A program made the position numbers and the translations under genes. A stretch of DNA of 44,084 bases, from positions 224,466 to 268,549 of the forward strand of contig PS015082.1 of assembly GCA_048213135.1 (NCBI GenBank), given 5' to 3'. The notes under the pieces are model-generated. The model saw only the letters and a list, made by a program, of their open reading frames with translations. It was not told the DNA's origin and searched no databases. This document shows positions 21,801 through 34,589 of the stretch, piece by piece (the first letter of the stretch is position 1; every line of letters begins with the position of its first letter). Source of the DNA: Reclinomonas americana ATCC 50394. Lineage: Eukaryota.

Positions 21801-24800
21801 TGTCTCCGACCATCGTCGATAGTCGAAATTCTCGATCAGCACAGTGAACAGCAGTGCCACCCATTGCCGCGACGGATACGCCAAGCAGGACCGCACGCAC
21901 TTCAACAGGCACAGCGTCTGCATCACCAGAGCAGGTGTCCGACCAAAGCGCACCACGCCATACGGCACCGAGTGCACAAAGCCCGCACAGCAAATGTACA
22001 CCAACAAGACACGCTCCAGCAGCATGAACCAACGCGAGATGAACTGCAGCGCTGGTGATTCGGTGGCCATCTGTGCGTGGACGCACATTGTCAAGCGCTA
22101 CTCATGACGATCATCGAGACACACACACACACACACACACACCAGTGGCCGACGCCAGATCTGGAACGGGAACATTTTCCGCAGCTCCGGGATCAAGAAG
22201 TGTATCAGAAATCCACCTCCCACCACAATGCCTGTGGCACCGCACGAGAGAATAGGTGAGCAGCTCAACAAGAGACTGCATTCATAGACAGAGAAACGCG
22301 GTGCACGCACCGAAAAATGTCCAGAATGTGGTCCCACTGATCACGCCAATTCCGTTGACGGTGATGAACGCGGTCTTCATGGACTTGTGGTACCATTCGA
22401 GACCAACAAAGAGCGCGCTGATGCCGAAAATGACCACCATCACCAGCAGGTCCAGTAGCAAACGGCGCTATGCGTGTGACAGGCAACGGTGAGAGATAAC
22501 TACAAAACTGGAAGACCATACTTGACAGGAGGCGTACCAGTGGTCGCGTCGGGATCACAATCGAGGATTCGTCACTCTTGCCGCCGCGCAACAGGCTATG
22601 TATGGGCGCCCACAACGCGTGTGGTGAACTGGGCGATCGGCTGAGGAACCACCTACAAGTGACACACCAAGGTGCGAGTCAGAAACCAGGACGCGCAACA
22701 GGCGGTACACCATGCGACGCACCCAAACGCCGCCGCCAGGCCCACTACACCAATCTGACTGCCCACAGCCTGGCCACCGACAAAACCGGCGTCAAACGCC
22801 CCCAATCCGACGCCACACAAAACCGCCCAGAGAGCACCAAATTTGAGCACCTCGGTCACTGCTGCTGCCAGCGACACCGTGGCTGCGCGTGCGCGTGCGC
22901 GTGAGAATGCTGGAGGTGAAAAGAACCGACTGCGTGTGTGTGACAGGTGTACGTACCTCCACCACCAAATACATACACGTTAATTTCTTCTAGGATAAAC
23001 ATTACAAAGGTGATGGCCTGGGGGAGCAGACCCAGCGCAAACACCAGCGGCATCAGCAACAGGATAAACGAGAGGACGTCGGCGACACTCGATGCCACAT
23101 TGCCGCCGACGAAATGTAGACTATAGAACATCCTGTGAAGTGGGAGCAGCCCCTCCACGGTGAGGAAGGGAAAAAGAGAGAGAGAGAGAGAAGGAAAAAG
23201 CAAAAGAGACGCACCACTGTGTGGTTGAGCCGCGCTGCCCATCGGCAATCAAAATCGCACCAGCCATCCAGCAAAAGTGGAATGCACGACTAAAAGCATT
23301 CATACGGTCGCCGGGGACCGGCGAGTGTGAATCGGGATACGGCTGTGCCAGGCACACACTATAAGTCTTCCTCCTCGCATCATATCTTCATCGCCACTGC
23401 TCACCGTCTTGATGAGAGCGAACTCGGCCGCCGCCACCACAAACCACATGGTGATGGCCCCGAACCCACGATACACGTGCCTGATCTCCCACGCTGACAA
23501 GACGCGATGAGTCCGTGCAGGGGGACACATTTTGGCAAGGCAAAAAACACACGCACCGAGGACCACCACACCGAGGCCGAGCAGCAGACACAACGCAAAA
23601 TGCCACCACGTTCGATCGCGATCCGCAAACTCCTCCAACGCTAGCCTGTCGAACGGCAAGCTCCACTCGCGACCGCAGCACTGGGGTTGGAGGCGCATTT
23701 GATTGTGAGCTGATCGGATGCCACACACGCACACAGAGAGACAATAGTACGCAACATGAACTGCGCTCTTGGCGTACTCGTCCTCATCCTGCTGATGCAC
23801 GTCCGTCAAGCTGCGTCGCCACACTCCACTACGATGCAGCAAAAGAAACACGTGTGTCACTCAATGTCACTCGCACCAAGAGCCATGTGCAAAAATCGGT
23901 CACGCACGGTTGCTGAAATGTGGAGTACGACGGCATGATTTCATGCAGTGCCACTCGACCACTCGGAATCGACGCCGTGCGCTGTGCACTGCTGGCTTCA
24001 TGTGATCTGCGCAGGAGTGAGACAGCGCGTGCCGCGGAGAACGATGAAAACAGCAGAGTGTGAGCTTGCCTTGTGCGCGCCAACTCAGCATCCTCGGGTG
24101 TCGCAAAAATCGTGTACGCTTGCAAGTGACCGAATTCATCCACATACGTAAACGTCTCACCACGCGGCTCAGCCACTCCGGAGCCAACGGGTGGGAACAG
24201 AACCACTGTATCACCGATGAGAAAAGGCGAGCACAGAAGAAAAACCCAGACCACCGCGACAACACTCACCGGTGGTGGCCGGCACTGCGGGACCGGCAGC
24301 CGCTCGGCCGGGAGCACCAGCTGACGCACAAGGATTTCAGAGTGCGCTGACATCACATTGTGTGCGACAATATATAACGTACCACCAAACGAGGCCGACG
24401 ACACGTCAGACACGTCGCAGACAAAGGGCACCTGTCCAAAATTGCACGACAGCGACATGACCTCCGAGTCCACGCACACGCCGTCCTTGTCGGCCACGCA
24501 TACACACGGGTACATGACATCATCGCGCCCAGAGATGACAAAGAATGCTGCGCATGGCGTGAGTCGGCAGCTCGAAGGGGCAGAGCGAAGCACCTGCACA
24601 CTCACTCACCAACAACTGTGCCGTTGAGTGTGAAGAAACCGCGACGATTCGACCAATCAACACCTGCAAGCAGCGTTGAGTGCAGTGCGTTGTTGCGTGG
24701 AGAGCGCGGAGAAAAGAGAGGACGCACCGCATCCCACAATGTCGTGCGTGCCGTACGACGACACCGTTTCGGCAGCACGAGTGCCGCGTGTTGTCGTAAA

Positions 24801-26630
24801 CACGCTACCGTCTGACGCATACGTGTACCTGCGAAGGGAACGTGAGTTGAAGGGAGGTGACTGGCATGCTGGGCCACAGGTGCGACGTACCCTCCGAACC
24901 AGCCGGGAATTCCACGCACCAGCTCCCACTCAGCCGGTGCCAAGCCGATGGCGACAAAGGGTCTGCGCACAAGCACTTTGTGTGAGGAATGACTTGAGCG
25001 GAGAACAAGTCCATTCACGAATCACCTCGCCACGAAATCCACGCGCACTTCGTAATAGAAGGTGGGATACAGCGACGTCACCTGGGCGTTACCGAGAACC
25101 AGCACTGGTCGTTCATCGGTAATAGTAGTACTGCGCGATGGCCATGTCAGTACATCAATCGAGTTTGGATGACAGGTGTGAACGAGGTACGTGCGACGCA
25201 ACTCTACACGCACAACCATTGTGTGCGCATGATTCTCAAAAGTAACGCTCGGCAAGTTGCGGCCCTCGCCACGTTCAAACGCAGTGGGATACCGCATCGG
25301 CACGGAGCCAATCTCCATGCGAGAAGGAGCAAATGGCACATCTGCAGGCATTCGGTCGGCAACGTGCAAGCACACGCCAACAAGGGAGAGCAATGCTTAC
25401 CACTTCCACGCAGCGTGCCTTCTGCCGTTTCCGGAGCCACAGCGAGAATGGCATCCATATTGAAACCCGGTGCTGCAACACAATGCTGAGATGAGTGCCC
25501 CACCATCACTGTGCCCTGCCCTGCCCTGTGATTTCCAAACCTCGATCCCACTCGCCAGCATCACTCGGCTCGCCCTCTGTGGTGCGATCCACTTCCGACA
25601 CGCCACCAGGTCGGCGTTCTATGGTGGACGTTTGCGGTGTCGGTGCCGCAACATGCATGCTCACGTCGTCCACATCCTGTCACGACATGAGCTCTCGCAC
25701 AGTATTTCCTCCCCGCCACGCGAATACGCACCACCGTGGTCTGATATCGGCTACGTGGATGCCCGTCGCCGTCGTCATCATCATCGTCGTCGTCAGAGTC
25801 CCTCGATGCAGAAGACGATGATGCTCCCTCATCGTGATCCTCGTCAGTGGCACCCGACGGTCCCAGCGGGGCGGCGGCCGACGCCGGGGTCGGCTGCAGC
25901 AGTTGCTCATTCGACCCATCCGCAGTACTGCTACCTCCTGCCGCCGACGAATTGACGCGCGACACGCCACCACCGTGGTCAGCAACAGGAGACGACGACG
26001 ACACAACAATGGTCGTCGTCGTTGTCGTCGTTGTCGCGGCGGCGGCTGCATGCTCCGGTGGCAATCGAAATGGAGGTGCCAGAGCGGATGGAGCACGCAC
26101 CGCACTGATCTCCACCACCGACACATCATCATCACCATCGTCGGTCGTGTCACCATCGTCTGCGTTGACGCCACCCACGCCAGCAGCACTCGGTCGCTGC
26201 GCCTGCTGTTGTGGCTGCTGCTGTTGCTGCTGCTGATGATGTGCTGCCTCTGTCTTCGCCGCCTCCTTCTTCTGCTTGCGATCAAACACCACATGCAGGT
26301 ACCACGTCGTCGCTCGAATCACCAGCAGCACCACACCAAACACCACCAGCGTCACAATCTCCGCCGTGCGATCCGCAAAGCCAATCGTCTGCAGTCGATG
26401 CACATCAGACAACTGACATTCGATGACGGAATGCAAGCAGGGCGAGATGGAGGCAGTAGAGTGTATGTGTGTATGGGCGTGTGTGTGAGAGAGAGAGAGA
26501 GAAGCGTCTCACGAACCACATCCAGCGCGACAGGCAACGCGAAAAACAGGATCCAAATGTACAATGACAGCGTGTTGGCCATCATCCCACGCTGTGCCAC
26601 CGCATGAAGCCCGCCTGTGATGACACTCGG

Positions 26631-26691
<61 letters not shown>

Positions 26692-26784
26692 CAAAAATAT
26701 CATTCACACTTTGCATGCTCTCCGCACTTGCGCGACTCACGCAGAACGCACCACCGTGCGCAGGAAGAAGACCAGCACGGCCAT
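18892..26784 (-). CDS. PCNX: Pecanex-family multipass membrane protein with an internal SPRY domain
   Basis: N-terminus MAVLVFFLRTVPSVITGG..NTLSLYIWILFFALP; YVDEFGHLQAYT; FDRLALEEFADRDR; HIVEVGNGFITFQLRGMEF; C-terminus FRVCRLNREIVRGLWAAC..ERGSIQN..LRNL..GYPIYVSPLVT. These are pecanex signatures. Many introns, not all resolved. Confidence 0.9.
26634..26689. repeat. (CA)n microsatellite in pecanex intron 1
   Basis: About 28 perfect CA units. Confidence 0.98.
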
Positions 26785-26885
26785 CACAAGAAAGAGAGGC
26801 ACACACACAGGCCTCTCACTGTGCACGTGAGGGGACAACTAAAGCTTACGCGCTCGCACTGTCCCTCACCCTTCCCCATCCGTCA

Positions 26886-28000
26886 ATGTTTATCATCAGT
26901 GAGCTGAAGGACTTGGTGCGTGTCGACCCACCAGACTTGGAGCGCGCACCACGCGTGGTTCTGCAAGAGGAACTGCACAAGAGATATGCAGGAAAGGTCT
27001 GTGCATGTGAGAGTGGAGAAGAGATGCCATGCAGTCACTCACATCTCCTCTTCTTCCAACAACAGGTGCTGGATGGCGTCGGCCTGTGCATCATGGTGAC
27101 ACAGATATTGACAGTGGGCGATGCCATTATTCATCCGGGTTACGGTGCCACGCATGCACCTGTGCAAGTTCTGCATCTCACTCTCTCTCTCTCTCGCACA
27201 CACTCTCTCTCTGTGCTCACACTCTTCTCGTGCTCAGTTCCGCTTGCTGGTGTTCCGACCCTTTGTCGGCGAGATCCTCGTGGGCACTGTGCACTCGCAG
27301 GTTCCACAAGGCATCAATGGTTGGCGTGTGTGTGTGCGTTTGTGTGTGTGTGTGTGTGTGTGCCACGTTTGCTGATGTCTTTGTTGTTGCAGTATCGCTC
27401 GGCTTCTTCAGTGATGTGTGGATTCCGAAGGCCGCGCTGCAGCGTGGGAGTGTGTACAGCAAGGACGACCAGATCTTTGTGTGGTCGGTGCCGGAGACGG
27501 GCACCAAGCTGATGATGGACGATGGAGAACGTATTCGCTTTCGAGTGCAGGCAGTGGAGTTTCATCCGCCCACGCCCACGGGCGCAGCGCTGTTGATGGT
27601 AGGCGACGGGGATGGGGATAAGCCGTTGCCGACGATTGTGTCACGGTTGGAGGCTGCGGCGCAAAAGGACGACGATCAGGCGCCGGTGCCAGCGCGTGGT
27701 CTCAGCATCCAGACGCCGGGCGGTGGCGGTGGCAGCGCAGAGGAGGCAGCGAAAGCCTCGCGACGCACGCAGCCGCCGATGGTGGTCATCGGGTCGATCT
27801 GTGACGACATGCTTGGCATGTCGTACTGGTGGCAGCAGACGGAGATGTCGGATGCGTTTCTCGAGGGCACCGGTTACGCCGAGTACGCCGATGCGGAAGC
27901 GTATGATGCGGCGGTGGCAGGCGCCGAAGATGGTGCGGGCGAGCAAGGCGGCTACGAGGCCATGGAGGGCGACGAAGAGGCCGGCGGCGGTGATACATGA
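26886..28000 (+). CDS. POLR3H: RNA polymerase III subunit RPC25/RPC8
   Basis: MFIISELKDLVRVDP..RYAGK/VLDGVGLCI..V(Q)/FRLLVFRPFVGEILVG..VSLGFFSDVWIP..ERIRFRV..VIGSICDDMLGMSYWW. Three introns and an acidic tail. Confidence 0.93.
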
Positions 28001-28025
28001 AAAAGAAAAAACAACATTGTTGCTC

Positions 28026-31000
28026 CTACAGTTCATTTAACATTTCCAACACGATTTCGGCCCGCACCTTGGGATCGCCGGCCACACAGGTGTAGATGCC
28101 GGGCGCCAGTAGCTCGGCCAGCGACAGATACACTACAAAATCCTCCTCTGCCAGAGAGGGAACACGCGCGCCAAAAAGTGAGAGACCATGGCGGGGGAGA
28201 GAGTTGGGCGACGACAAGGCAGCGCACCAGAAGTAATGTCGAGATCGGCACGCATGGTGTGCACCACGCTCTCGTCCAGCATTTTGTCAAAGTACGGACT
28301 GGCTCGAACGAACACATGGTGAGTGCTGGGGCGACACAAGTCGTACATGCGTAAGGGGTGACGCAACTGCTTGGCCTGCACATACGCCACCAGCACGTAG
28401 GCACGACGAATGAGTAACCGCAACGACTGCACAATGAATCCCTCGCGAATGCGCTCCGGTAATGTGAAGATCTGTGGTGCGCCAACGACACAGTGAGAGG
28501 ACGGAGCAATCAAGCAAGCGAGGAAAACACTTCTTCGCACACCGTTTGTGTGATTTCCTTGATGACAGGAGCGGTCTTTTTCGTGCGCGACACCAGCGGA
28601 ATCTTGTTGTCACTGAGATGTGGAGACGGAGGGTAGTGAGTAAACTAGGCAGTCAAAGCAACCAGCACAGACAGAGACACTCACCGCGATGATTCTGGTC
28701 GTCGGCCGCCGTCGATGCTCGTATCCGACATGGCCGAGTTGAACTGATCACCAGCACCGGCGACCGACCCGCCCGCGGCTGATGATCCTAATGCGCCACC
28801 GCCGCCGCCGCCACCGCCGCCGCCATAGCCTCCAGCGTATGCACCGCCGCCACCGACAGCCGTAGCACTCAGCGCGCCAGCCACAAATCCCACGCCGGAA
28901 CCACCGCCACTGAAGAGATTGCCACTCACAGTGCTGCTGCCGGCCACACTGCCGCCCGCGTAGCTGTCTGCGAGATGAAGTGAGCGAAACGGAAGGGAGG
29001 CCATCGCGCGCAACCTCTTCATGCACGCGGTACCTTGCTGATCCGAGTCGCCGACGGTACTGTGGTACAGCGTGTCGAGAAACTCGTTGCGGAACGACTG
29101 ATAGTCGTTGAATGGCCGGCATTGGTAGATTTTTCGTGACGACAAGTTGACAATCGTGGTGGGATAGTGCGCACGCAGGAGGTGGTGCTCTGGAATGGAC
29201 TGCGTGGTATCCTGCGCGTCGCGTTTCAGCTACGTGACACCAACATAGTCACCGACAACGAAAAAAACACCGCACCAGCAGAAGACCCTGCACGAACAGG
29301 TCGGGAACGAATACGGGCCGATCGGGCCGACAGTAGCCACTCAAGATGCGCTCATGCGGCAGCAGGAATAGTGACATGAAATCGACATACTGCGCGAGCG
29401 GGTGAGACGAACGTGATGGTGGGAAGGAGACTTGTCATATCTCGTTCCAACTCACGTTGTTGACTTCCTGCGACGACCGACCGACCACCACCGTGTGCCG
29501 ATGTGTTTGAAAGTGGGACGACAGGGCACTGCGGTGGCAATGTGTCAACATAGCCAAGCAAGCAAGAAAGAACACTCCGAAACGACAAACCGCGCAAGAA
29601 ACTGCTGATCCTCGTCCTTCAAACTGACCAGCACGGTGTTGTGGCCGTGTGGTGGCAAGGTGATTTCACTCAGATACACCAACTCCATGTGCTCCATAAA
29701 CTCCACCAACAGCGGAGTAAACAGGCTAATCACATCGACTGTCTGGCTCTGTACAGGAGGCGCGCGTTGTCAAACGGTGCGCAAGCCTTGGACACGGAAG
29801 TGAGATGCTGTACCTTGTCTCTATCAGGCGACGACAGGTGCTGGTACTTTTCCTGCAGCAGCCGCAGTCGTGACACCAAAAAATCCATGTGCTCCTCCAC
29901 CACCTCCTGCATCACGAGGAACTTGCGCAGCGCCGAATGCCGCAACAGCAGCGACAGAGCGAATTTCGTCGACGAGCGATCAAGCACGCCAACAAACACA
30001 AACGTCATGGTGATGAGATCTACAAGAGGGGGAAAGAAGGCAAGATCAGCGTGGCGGGATGCAGATGCGCGGTGATGACAAGGAGACACACCAATGGCAG
30101 GCAGGGCACAAAATTTGACTTCGACGTCGGCGGCGAACTCGAAGCGCGCAATCTCCTCCACGAGCGCGAACCGACCAATGACAAACAGGTCTTCCTCGCG
30201 CTGCTCGGCCTCTGGAATGTTGGAGGCCCACACGGTGAGCACTCGGGGCCCGAGCAAATTGTCCCACACCGTCAACTCGGCCAAGTTGAACATCGTGAGA
30301 TTGGACGGCAGCGGAATGTACTCGCCGCGGCGTGTGTTGATGGAATTCATTCCCCACGACATGCCGTCGCCGCCTGTCACCATCGGGGTCAGCCAGCAAC
30401 GCAAGATCGTTGCGACAAACCTCGCACTCACCTCCGAATCCACTCGTGTCTTGCATGGCAAAGAACTCGTCCTGCAAAAAACATTTCATTCTCAAGTCAG
30501 CACCCACCCCCCACAAATGTCTCGCGCGTGAGCGGCACCACGTAACTGCACCACCACCCCCTCCGTCACCACAGCCACCAAGATCGTCGTCCGCGATTCC
30601 GCGAATCATTGCCCCGCCGCTTCCGCCACCAATGCCACCATCGTCGTCGTCACCACCGCCGCCGCTGCCGCCCCCCTCCAAATCCGCCATGCGCAACGCA
30701 CCCTCATCGCCCAGCGTCTGCACACTGACCTCTCCCGCTCCCGCACTGTGCGGCAGCGACAGCAGTGGCACATGCAAGAGCGGCGACGGTGTGCGTGGCG
30801 GCGGTGGCGCCAGATCCACCGACAAAAACGGCGATGGTGAGCTGCTGGCCGACGCAGACAACGACTTGCGCCGGTCACCACCAGCCTCCACGGCCACTGG
30901 CGTCGGCGGCAACATCACCGGCGGCGTGAATGGCGACTGCACCGACAAGAGCGGTGGCGACACTCCCGACTGAGCACACAGTGAGCACACACATGGACAG

Positions 31001-31486
31001 GCAAAGCGCTCTCGCACACTGACCTCCACTGCGGCGTGATCGTCAGCACTCTGTGTGTGCGCACACTGCAGATGAGCCACAACATATGCAGAGGGAGAGA
31101 GAGAGTGCGTGCGTGTGTGCGTGAGAGAACGCCCACAAACCTCCGAGAGCCCAGGCACCACTGGTGACAGCAACAGTGGAGATCCCAGTGCGACTGCAGG
31201 GCGCACCACATCACCAGCCTCCAACGCATCCTCCATCACTTCCTCCTCCTCATCTTCCTCTTCATCATCCTCATCATCTTCATCGTACTCTTCATCATCG
31301 TAGAGCTCATCGTCGCGTGCGGCGGTGGGGTCTCCGGCGGAACTCATCTCGCGAGAGGATTCGTCTGTGTTTGTGTGCGTGAGGGAGAGTGCGTGAAGAG
31401 TGGCCATGGTCGGAACTCGCTCATTCACCTTCGTCGATGCCAAGAACAGTGCGGAACGTGGATACCAGCCAACTGCCACTCGACAT
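28026..31486 (-). CDS. C9orf72: C9orf72-like DENN-domain protein with acidic/Pro-rich N-terminal extension
   Basis: WDNLLGPRVLTVW, VEVKFCALP, FLARALSSHFQTHRHTVVVG, SLFLLPHER, DLFVQG, HYPTTIVN and LAELLAPGIY match C9orf72 blocks in order. The start codon (31486 or 31347) is less certain. Confidence 0.88.
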
Positions 31487-31684
31487 CTCATTCACACACA
31501 GCTGAGAAGCGTGTGTGTGCGTGTTGTGTGCGTGTGTGATTGTATGCCGGCTTGTTCTTCCGTTCAGGACACGCTGCACTCGACGCTCTTCATTCACTTG
31601 TGCTCTCCTTATTGTTACGGAGCACGACAGACGACGAGGACTGAACAACTGTGCACTGCATGTGCTTCTCTGCCTGCTCTGTCA

Positions 31685-34503
31685 TTAGCGTCGCTGTGCA
31701 TGTCCGCCGACGCACCCGTTCACGACGTACGTCGTCACAATGCCAATGCCCTTGACTGCAACGAAAGAGAGAGAAAGTCAGATGCATGGACGACGTTGGG
31801 AGCTGTTTTTGCTACACGACGGCGCACCTTCGACACTGGCGGTTTCCACGTCGAACAAGCCGCGTGTGCTCCGATTTGTAGACTGTGAGCGTGCAACAAG
31901 GTCAGCCATTCGCCTCCGCCATCACGACCACAAGCACGCACCTCGCTCATTTGAATGCCACCGACCGGGGCCGAGCTTTCCATTCGTGACGCCATGTTGA
32001 CAGAGTCTGCGAGAGAGGAGTTCAGTGGACGGCGACACCGGCGACGGGCACCACGAAAAATGATGCACGCACCACCATACAAGTCGAACGTTCGAATCAG
32101 ATCCGCGACGATGCCCGACGTCACTGGACCCGTGTTGATGCCGACACGGAAGGCAATGTCCAATTGCCGCTGTGAACCAACAAGATCACGTCAGTCTCGC
32201 CTTTGCAAAAACACATGCCAGTGTCCGGACCGCGCGCGCAACTCTTCTCGCCACTCCAAGAATGGCCTGTTTGGCTGCCAGTGCAAAGTTGACAATGGCC
32301 TCGGCGTGGTCGTGTCGCGGCACGTACATGCCCGACACGGCAAGGTATGCGGAGCCTTGTTATCGGGAAGATATCCACAGTGAGCAAGCCAGATGCCAAC
32401 ACCTCCTCGCAGGGTGCCACCACTCACCGATTGTCTTTACGCGCTCCACATTGTGTGTACGAACAAGTGAGTCGAAAGCACTGACCAGATCGTGCACCAC
32501 TTGCACTTTGTCCAGCAGAGAGACTGCGGCACCTGTCGTCGCAGCGTCGTTTAGATCATGCAGGGGGAATGGGTGCTAGACTGTGTGTGTGACTCACCGA
32601 CAGCACCGTCTGTCGACACGTGCTTGACCGAGATGACCTTGATGAAGGTGCAAGTGACCTCGGGGTGGAACTCGAACATGGTTGGCGACTGCGTGGCTTC
32701 GGTCTGTGCAATGGCGAAGAGGTCAGGGCGATTGTTAGTGGTCGGGGAGTGTGAGACTGGCTGGCCCACCGCTGTGAGCATGTCTCGAGCGCGGTCGGCG
32801 GAAAACGCGGCGAGCTTGTCGAGTGCTGCGCGCGGGAAGGATAGCGATAGCAACTGCAACAGTCACCATAAAAATGTGAGTCGCGTGTTGGGAGGAGGGA
32901 CGGCAAGAAGCTGCGCGACTCACCTGCTCGAGCCGGCTGTTGCTCACACGCTGCGCCTCGGCGGCCTCCAGCTGCGTATTCAACTCCGACACTCTGATTT
33001 CCACTCGACGGTGGCCGTCCAGTTGCGCTTCCGCAGCAAAGAGAGCCATGCGTATGCTGCATGGCGAGGTGACCGACCTCAGCAATTGGACTCATACGAG
33101 GAAAACAGCAGGTGACAGAAAACGCAACACTTGTCCATCCTTGCGCGTAAGCTCCGCCTCCACCGACGGCAAGCGCTTGCAACTCTGCAGCAGGTCGCGC
33201 AACACCAGCGGTCGCAGCAGCGTTGCTGCGTTCATCACTGGTGCTTGTGCTGCAGTTGGCGACATTGCGAGATCAGAGAGACAGCAAGCATACACGCGCG
33301 CACATGCATTTATGCTCAGGCAAACTCACAAGCCGTGCCGACAAGGTCTTCCATGCTGTACCCGAGAAGACGCGGAACGGCGGTGTTGCACCACACAACT
33401 GTTCCGCCGTCATCCATGTCACACCACAGAATCTGTGCAGGTGTTGGTCAACGCAGGAGCGACGGTAGGTGGAGTGGATGAGCTGTCTGTCACGCAACAG
33501 CGTCTGCCGAAGTGGACAGCACCGATGTCAGCTCATCGATCTTCTCCTCAAAGCCGGCGCGCAATTTGGCTGCCGTCACGTTGCTTTCGATAAAGGCACC
33601 CAGGTAGCGCTCATTGCCCAACAACACATCAGCCACTTGTACGCGCACGGGGAAGAGTTGGCCGTCCCGGCGCAGTGCTTGTAGTTCACGTGGGCTGTCA
33701 TGAAAAAGTCAGCTTTTTTCCAGCAAGCGAGAGGAAGCACAGAAGCAAGGTCGACTCACTGAAGAGTCAGCACGGTGTGCTGCGCGAGGTCACGCTCACG
33801 GCTCAAGTAGTCGGCCACATAGCTGCAGCGCAAACAATCAGTACAGTCGCGCGCTCATTCATACGTAAAGCAGTAGTGTGCAGACGCAACGATTGGTGGC
33901 GCTCGGCATGCGGCGGTGGCATGAGCATTTTGATGTTATGACCCACCATCTCGGAGGCCTTGGAGTAGCCAAAGAGCTCCACAGCAAAGCTGTTCACTTG
34001 GTGGATGACACCGTGAATGTCGGCAAAAATTGCAGCCTGTTCCATGGTGGACACCATGGCGGTAGCCTGTACGGATGTCACAACACACGCGTTGAGACAA
34101 GTAGTGAGGGGCACTCATCGAAACGATTAAACACCTTGGCCTGTCGACTCAGACGGTCAGCGGCGGCGGCCACCGCCTCGGTTGTCTCGCGCATCATAGT
34201 CACAAAGAGTCGCCGACCGTCGAGCTCGATCTCGAGCACCTCGATAGCCATCGGTAACAAACTACCGTCCACACGCACGACCTGATATGTTACGATCAGC
34301 GAAGCCGTGTGCACGCATACCCACTTGCAGACGCGTACGCAACCTCTGAGAAGCGCGACAGTGCTAGCGGCTTGCGGGTTGCAACAGGTTGCGTCATGTG
34401 TTTCAGCACAAGTGCATCATGAATCGCGTGCAAATGCGGAGGAATGAGAATCTGGTGCGTGGGGCGTAGTGAGCGACGGGCGACGAAACCTGGTGCACAC
34501 ACA

Positions 34504-34589
<86 letters not shown>

